From the NCBI GenBank assembly GCA_951406725.2, contig OX597834.1:30938001-31002000 (forward strand): a stretch of 64,000 bases of DNA. Direction: 5' to 3'. How positions within the stretch are numbered: position 1 is the stretch's first letter; each line of letters begins with the position of its first letter. A model generated the notes under the pieces. It was given only the letters and a program-made list of their open reading frames with translations. It was not told the origin of the DNA and ran no database searches. Positions 56,622 through 64,000 of the stretch are shown here, one piece after another. Origin of the DNA: Octopus vulgaris (Eukaryota). A program made the position numbers and the translations under genes.

Positions 56622-57043
56622 GGAGCTTTTCGGTTTGAACGGCAGTTTTTTAAAATAAGTTCCACGTAACTAAACACTTTTAAACTTCGTATACTGGTAG
56701 AATGTGTTTATAAAAGGTCTTTTTATCTTGGCTTTATTGAGAAAATTCTATGGTATGTAAGATATTTGTTGTTGTTTTTCTTCAATTTCTGCAATTTCAA
56801 CCAATCAATGACGTCTATTGAGGTGAAAACATTCTGTGCCGTATGAATATGTCCCTCGTTTAAGAAACAGATTGGGTTTATTTACATTTCTGAAGAAAAA
56901 AAGATACCCTTCCCCCACCCCTAACCCTAACCCTAATCCTAAAACAGATTGAAATGCAATAGATCGATACTAGGGTCATAATTATGGGTGACAATTTCAT
57001 ATGACACCGCTAGAAAAAACTGCTGTTCAAACCGAAAAGATCC
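56622..57043. mobile_element. MITE with ~30-bp TIRs, GG termini, 8-bp TSD and internal (CCCTAA)3
   Basis: GGAGCTTTTCGGTTTGAACGGCAGTTTTT / AAAAACTGCTGTTCAAACCGAAAAGATCC; TSD CAAAGAGT; partial copy at 63075-63144. Confidence 0.88.
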
Positions 57044-57329
57044 CAAAGAGTTAGTCACAGCTTACAGGGTAAGTTCCCCGCCCTGTATCTATTTATCGAG
57101 AAAGACGCTGGTTAAGGCTAGGATGTAACCTCTCCGTCGTTCTGAAAGTCCAGGAATTACAATGGTGGAGAGTATGGTCCAAAAATTGAGCAGATAAGCA
57201 GAGTGACATGAGAGAATAAATGTTCATTTTGTTAGTTGACAGCTGTTTCGTAATATGTAGTATGTGTGTGTGTGTGTGTGTGAGCGCGCGCGTGTGTGAG
57301 TCACCCATTGCTTGACAACCGGTGTCAAG

Positions 57330-57493
57330 CACGTGGGGTGCTGAAAAGTTCCTGGCTTTGGGTAAAAGGAAATGCAGGTGGATCCGTTAATTATGTTTTT
57401 ATTCGACTTACTGCAACGGTCCTTCAGTTTTTCTGAGCCCTGTAAAAGAACGCGGAAGCTCTTTCACGATATCTATCTCAGCACCCCTTCGTA
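57330..57493. mobile_element. Mariner-like MITE, decayed
   Basis: ACGTGGGGTGCTGAAAAGTT... / ...TCAGCACCCCTTCGTA. Confidence 0.55.
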
Positions 57494-57604
57494 TATTTTA
57501 AATCTGGTACATATTCTGTCGTTCTCTTTTGCCGAACCGCTAAGTTTTGAGAACGTAAACAAACTAACACCAGTCCAGCAGTGGTGTGGGGCAAACACAA
57601 GGAA

Positions 57605-57637
<33 letters not shown>

Positions 57638-57849
57638 ACTTATACGACGATCTTCCACACAGTTTCCATCGACGAAATTCACTCGCAAGTGATTGGTCAA
57701 TCCTGGGTTATAGCAGAAGAAACTTAACCAAGGTGCTGCACGGTGGGACTGAACCCGAAACCACGTGGTTACCAAGCGAGCTTCTTAACCAGATGGCCAT
57801 GCCTGCGCCTACAAAAAAAAAATAGCATCAAGGAACGATTCCGTCTTGT

Positions 57850-59420
57850 TGTCGAATAAAGAAGACAGAAGTGGTGAAGAGGGAATTTTTAAGGAACCTT
57901 CGAAACAACCGAGAAGATCTCAGTAGCGGATGCAGCGATGTTGCCCTAGTTGCCCGGGCAACACCCTTTCTAGCCGAGCCGACACGAAAAAAATCGGGAC
58001 CAAGGTTTATTCCCACTAGTCTCACAGCATCACTGTTTCATATGCACGTTGTCTGCTACGACAAAGTTAGAATACATAAAAACGTATCCATTTGTTACGA
58101 ATTGCGATTTTTCGAAACTTCTGGACAACATCCCCAACAAAAATCCTGGACCCAACCCGCTTTGTCGGTCACAGGAAGCTAAGTGAACATGTCGGTCGCG
58201 TCAGGCAAAGCTTTCAGTGACCGAATTAGAAAATTTAGTCGGTAGTTGACGAGAACGATGTCAATGACCTATGGTGGGGCAACTGGAGAATGCGATTAGA
58301 ATAGAATCGATGAGATCAGCAAAAAAAAATTTTCTCATAAAGAAAATAATTGATGGGTGATCTAGTGTGTCAAATTAGAATAGGCGATTAGGAAAGGTTT
58401 TGCGATTGACCTGCACGCGGTGAATATTGCCTTCTATTTTCTTCAAGGCGAAACGTGAACGTTGCCTTGTCAGAGTTAGGGCAGAACGAGCTCTAAAGCA
58501 GAAAGGGATAAAATCCGTTCGATAGGATTAAGGGGTTGAGTAGCGACGTGGTATCAAAGCTACAAATCTGTCCAGTAATGTAGCTAAGGAATTGCGTTGA
58601 CGAGGCGGTGCAGTACGCCCCCGAGTAGCGCTTTTATGAGGGTAGCACTTATAAGTTTACTGTATAAGCCTGTAGAGAGTTGGGACTCGATGAGGGTTGA
58701 GGCGAAAATTCAAGGGCTGCCGTGGGCGGTATTCACCACACAAAAGTGGAGGCGCAATGGCCCAGTGGTTAGGGCAGCGGACTCAATGTCATAGGATCGC
58801 GGTTTCGATTCCCAGACCGGGCGTTGTGAGTGTTTATTGAGCGAAAACACCTAAAAGCTCCACGAGGCTCCGGCAGGGGGTGGTGGTGATCCCTGCTGTA
58901 CTCTTTCACCACAACTTTCTCTCACTCTTACTTCCTGTTTCTGTTGTACCTGTATTTCAAAGGGCCGGCCTTGTCACTCTCTGTGTCACGCTGAATATCC
59001 CCGAGAACTACGTTAAGGGTCGTCGTGTCTGTGGAGTGCTCAGTCACTTACACGTTAATTTCACGAGCAGGCTGTTCCGTTGATTCGGATCAACCGGAAC
59101 CCTAATCGTCGTAACCGACGGAGTGCTTCCTTATCACCACACATTCTAGCTACGTCACTGATTCGGTCTTTTCACAAAGCAGGACGAGGGCCGCGCTACT
59201 CGATTCCCAAGCTGAAACAAGGCCGTTAAGGAACTTCCCGCTGGAACTAGGACATCAGAAAGCCGTGTCGACCTTTGCAGATAATGTCACTTTTATGGTG
59301 GTGTCAGACATAATTGAAAGCAGAGGCGTTTGGCAGTGTGCTGACGGAATACCTGGCTGTGACACAAGCAGAAACTCATCCGGAAAAGTCGCTATGTTTG
59401 CAGCTTGGCACCTGGACAGG
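57850..59420 (+). pseudogene. Very degenerate LINE (L1/Tx1-like) ORF2 relic containing a SINE-B insertion
   Basis: VSTFADNVTFMVVSD resembles the RT YADD region; otherwise coding-like but disrupted. Confidence 0.4.
58746..59130 (+). mobile_element. SINE family B, full length
   Basis: Near identity to 46919-47304; flanking TCACCACACA repeat. Confidence 0.92.
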
Positions 59421-59429
59421 TACGTCTAT

Positions 59430-59504
59430 GATATAAGGTACGTCGGATAGCGATATAAGGTACGTCGGATAGCGATATAAGGTACGTCGGATAGCGATAT
59501 AAGG
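59430..59504. repeat. Perfect 22-bp tandem repeat (GATATAAGGTACGTCGGATAGC)x3.4
   Basis: Units start at 59430, 59452, 59474 and 59496. Confidence 0.95.
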
Positions 59505-59872
59505 GCGCTAGACCGACGGATTAAGATAGCTGGAGTGAGGTTTGATCCCATACCTCCAGAGTACCCAGTTTCGACCAGAAATAGACTATATACATCTAGA
59601 ATGCTCCAAATACCGATGTAGATGGCATGGAACGATTCAGAAAATTAAAAAGACACATATTCTGCGTAATCCAAAGGAAAACATTGTTGATTCCACCAAA
59701 GTCGATTTTATCTTTCGTCCCCATCGAAGTTGTTCAATACCAGTTCAACTCTGGGGTCCATGTAATCGGCTTTATTCTCCTCCTTAAAAAATTGCTGGCT
59801 TCATGCCAAAATTTGAAACTATTATTATTATTATTACTATTGTTATTATTATTACTATTATTATTATTATCA

Positions 59873-59909
<37 letters not shown>

Positions 59910-59969
59910 TATTATTCCGGTCACTGCCTGGAATCGAACTCGGAATCTTCGATTCCAGGCGGTGACCTG

Positions 59970-60011
<42 letters not shown>

Positions 60012-60149
60012 TAGAAAAATACCTTATGAATGAAAACACAGGTTTGAAATTTCCCCAAAAAACCTGAAGGCTGGAGGGTGTATCAGCCGAAACATTGTTA
60101 ACAACAAACAAGATAAGGTCAAATATCCGTCAAATGTAAATAATGTAAA

Positions 60150-60189
<40 letters not shown>

Positions 60190-60190
60190 G

Positions 60191-60224
<34 letters not shown>

Positions 60225-60460
60225 TATTATTATTATTATTATCAGTTTTTCTTCTTCTTTCAAATTTGCTTCCATTTCTTGCCGAGTGTCTTCCCGACTC
60301 CTAGGGCAAAGAAACTCATAGTATACATTGGTAGGCCATTAAACTAAACTCACTAGTTCGTTCCTTTTTTTTTTTTTTTTGATAGAAATAAAGTTAAATT
60401 AAAATACATGGATAGTAATAGTTCTCCATCGACAATGTTTATTATTATTATTATTATTAA

Positions 60461-60518
<58 letters not shown>

Positions 60519-60669
60519 TACTTCTCAGAGCTCTCAGTTTTACTTGCTCTGGTTGATTCTGTGAGAGCGGTCAGCAACCTGTTCTCAGAGGTCTCCCAGG
60601 ATCTTTCCGCAAACCATAAGCTTTCGTACTTGGATGTTAACTATCGTGGAAGACATTCACCACCCAAAG

Positions 60670-61035
60670 AGAGCTGGCAGAGTCGTTAGCGCGCTAGACA
60701 AAACGCTTAGCGGTGTCTCGTCAGGCTTAACGTTCTGAGTTCAAATTCCGCCGAAGTCGTCTTGGCCTTTCATCCTTTCGGAGTCGATAAAATAAAGTAC
60801 TGGAGGGGTCGATATAATCGAGTAGCCCCCTAACTCCTTGTGCTCATAGTAGAAAGAATTAAGGAGGCGGCGAGCTGGCAGAACCGTGGCTCGCCGGACA
60901 AAATGCTCCGCAGCATTTGTTCTGGCCCTTTATATCCCAGGTTCATAAGTCGTTGTGGTCAACATCGCCCATCATCCTTCTGCGGTCGATAAATTAATGT
61001 AATCAGTCAAATACTTGGGTCGATGTAATTACAAA
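60670..61035 (+). mobile_element. Two tandem SINE-C copies
   Basis: GAGCTGGCAGA heads at ~60671 and ~60872. Confidence 0.8.
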
Positions 61036-61639
61036 AAATTGACAATTTTCACCTTCATACATTCGCTTCTCATTCCTGCTCAACTTGTCCCTTCCACCTC
61101 TCTCTCTTCCCTTCTTTCTCTCTCTCTCTTACTCCTTTCTTTTCGCTTCTATCTCTCTTTCCCTCCTCCCTCTTCTCTCTTCCTTTATACATTATCCCTA
61201 TGTTTATTAAACTAATCTGACGATACTAAGATACGAAATACAGTGACAGGTCCAGAAGATATTTAAAAACACGTAACATAAGTTACTTCCATACATACAA
61301 ACTCAAAATAATGTGACATTCAATTCAGGAAGAGTTTCAAGTTGTTCGTTATCAGTCCGTCATCGAATAACAATATGGATGACCACACGAGGCCGGCAGA
61401 AATTACATCATAATTAGACATGGTATGAGACTTGAGAATTTATAATTATAATGAGCAACAATGTGTCGTTGTGCGTGTTACGAAAAACATAAAGAAGGTT
61501 AGTGCGAGGTTTACTTGTAGTTTAGTGTCATAAAAAATGAATTGCGCCGGAAGTGACTACAGTGAAACCCCATATTTTCATAAATACTTGAACAAACCTA
61601 CACAAGGATGCTTCCCCACTGACGTTCGTTCCTCAAAAA

Positions 61640-61870
61640 ATGAAATCAGTTGCAGCGTGGAAGGTGTTTATAAGCCATTTAAGAAACACACAAGAACCCT
61701 CTCAAGGCGACGAAAATATTTTGACAAATTAAATTTAAATGTTGAAGTGAATCTAACGGTTTTTGTGTGTTTCCTAAATGGCTTATAAACACCTTCCACG
61801 CCGCAATTGTTTTCGTTCCAGCACACGATATCAGATCAAGTCACTCACTATGCAAGTACATCTCCGTAAT
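61640..61870. mobile_element. MITE end with an internal ~55-bp inverted repeat
   Basis: GCGTGGAAGGTGTTTATAAGCCATTTA / TAAATGGCTTATAAACACCTTCCACGC; paralog at 32420-32618. Confidence 0.7.
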
Positions 61871-61879
61871 TAAAATGAA

Positions 61880-62954
61880 ATGTTCTACAAATATGCTTCA
61901 GACGATGTAGACTCCGATTATATCGAAATTTGTTGTGAAAGAATTTCTCGAGAGAGTACCTTCGGAAAACTCACATGATTCGGCTTTATTTCCTTATAAC
62001 TTAAAAAAAAAAAAATGGATATTTTCTTTGACATTCCTACGCGTGTGCGCCTCTCCCCACTGACTCTAGAAAAAAATGGTTATTTTTTAATGAAATTATC
62101 TACAAATACACTTCAGATGATGTAAATTCTGATTATATCGGAATATGTAATGAAAAAAATTGTTCTGAGGCTGGGGTGTGGAGTTTCGGAAAATTCACTC
62201 AAGACTGTTTTGTTTCCTCATAACTTTCAGAAAAAAGGATAATTTTTAATGAAATTTTCTACAAATACCCTTCAGAGTGAGCAGATCGCGATTATAGCGG
62301 AATTTAATGTGAAAAATTAAATTTGGTGGGTTCGTACGTCCACATACTGGTATCTACAAAATGATACTTGAAATTTCGAAAAAAATTGTGAATATGTGTC
62401 AGTATGTATGTGTATGTGTTCTCACTGCTTTTCTTTTCACATCAAATTCTGATATAATCATAATTTACACACTTTGAAAAGTATTTGTTGAAATTTTCAT
62501 TTAAAAATACCCATTTTTCTGAAAGTTATGAGGAAACAAAGTCGAATCGTGTGAATTTTCCGAAACTCCTCTTCCCACCCACAAAAAAACTTTTCACAAT
62601 AAATTCCTATATTATTGGAATCTACATCTAAAGCATTTTTAAGGAAATTTTATTAAAAGATATCCATTTTTTTCTGGAAACTATGAGGAAACAAAGTCGG
62701 TGGTGGTGGTGGTGGTGAGGATACACATTCTTTTTTTTAAATTTTATTTTATCTAGTTTCAATCACGAGCTGTGGCCATGGTGGGGAATTTTCTATAAAT
62801 ACCTTTCTGATGCTGTATATTACGATTATATGGGAATTTTATATAAAATATTGTGGGTTCGCACACATATATACTGATGCGCATAACAAAATGAAACTTA
62901 ATTTCGAAAAAAGTTGTCATATGTTTCAGGATGTATCTGTCAGGACCGCCATTA

Positions 62955-63023
<69 letters not shown>

Positions 63024-63330
63024 TAAATCCCGATATAATCGTAATCTATGAAAGGTATTTGTAGAAAATTTCATGGATCTTTTCGGTTTGAACGGCAGTT
63101 TTTTAAAAATAATTTCCACGTAACTAAACACTTTTAAACTTCGTTTTTAAATTTCATTAAAGTATGAGGAAACAAAATCGACTTTTATGAATTTTCAGAA
63201 ATTCCACTCCGCACCCTCAGAATTTTTTTTTTTTTTTTTTTGATAACTAATTCCGAATCAGATTCTGCACCATTTGAAGCATATTTGTAAAACAATTTCA
63301 TTGAAAAATGTTCATCTTTCTGGACTGTAT
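61880..63330. mobile_element. Foldback-family elements (one near-complete at 61880-62720 plus a partial)
   Basis: Tandem subrepeats in opposite orientations on either side of a centre at ~62340-62410. Confidence 0.75.
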
Positions 63331-63720
63331 AGGTATGCCAGTTCACGAACCTAGCTACATATGATCTTCCAGTGATTGTATTACCATTTCTGAAACGGTA
63401 CCTAAGGTACACTACAACTGCAATGTAGTATAACCTATGCAGCCGAACACCATTGAAAAAGTCAGACGTGCGTTTGATATCCAATGTGATGGATCTTTTC
63501 GGTGTTAGTTTAGGCTACATAGGCAGTTGCACAACTGTGAGCCATTCTTTAAATTTTGCTAATCCAATGATGAGAACATCCATACGCAGACGATCGAAGG
63601 GCGTTGGATACTCGCCAAGAAGAAACTCGGGTGACAATGTGGAACGAATAATGCTTTATTAACATCGTAATTGTATGAATATTTCTGGCGACATAAGTTC
63701 AGAGACCGTGAGAAAGTTGT
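63330..63720 (+). pseudogene. Merlin (IS1016/IS1595-like) DDE transposase relic
   Basis: TVSHSLNFANP / frameshift / NIHTQTIEGRWILAKKKL...L.S*LYEYFWRHKF, matching the VNHS..FV.P...HTQ.IE..W...YL.EF.WR pattern. Confidence 0.75.
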
Positions 63721-64000
63721 ATGTACAATCTGTGCATCGTTTTTATGTTCTCACTTCCAGTTTCTTCCGTAATTTACTCTCGTTTTTTTTTTTTTTTGCA
63801 TATTAACCAAGCAGTTACGTACTTATTGAGAATATTCAGACGAGCATAAGTCATGCTTTTTTTTTGTTTTTTCAAAAACAATAGATTTTTATTTAGCAAC
63901 ATATTTTTACAGGAAGAAAATAAAAAAAGACATTCAAAGTTTAAAAGATCAAATTATTGAGAAAAAAAACAACAAAAAGCCTGAAAGACATTTTTCAGGT

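Noticed and set aside
59430-59504. CRISPR-like repeat
   Set aside because: Contiguous tandem units without spacers, eukaryotic context, no cas genes
63330-63720. Bacterial IS1595 contamination or horizontal transfer
   Set aside because: Decayed and embedded among host repeats; the eukaryotic Merlin superfamily explains the similarity

Overview
Eukaryotic (animal) non-coding DNA that is extremely rich in microsatellites ((TA)n, (CA)n, (TATC)n, (TATG)n, (ATC)n, (ACC)n, (TTC)n) and interspersed repeats. The tRNA-derived SINE families and repeat landscape suggest an octopus/coleoid cephalopod genome (inference). No intact protein-coding gene can be supported: almost all listed ORFs are translations of simple repeats or SINEs. 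Recognisable content: at least five SINE families; decayed non-LTR retrotransposon fragments (CR1-like, RTE, L1/Tx1, R4/Dong, HERO-like); a Penelope-like ORF fragment; a non-autonomous Helitron nested in a foldback element; hAT, mariner and Merlin-like MITEs; and a Merlin transposase relic. The most notable signal is about a dozen minimal hammerhead-ribozyme-like motifs in short Penelope-type elements that sit against (TA)n arrays, two of them inside long hairpins, plus a ~320-bp palindrome. A candidate divergent promoter (about 28-33 kb) and a candidate minus-strand exon (15349-15629) hint at host genes with very long introns. All calls were made by eye and boundaries of decayed elements are approximate.
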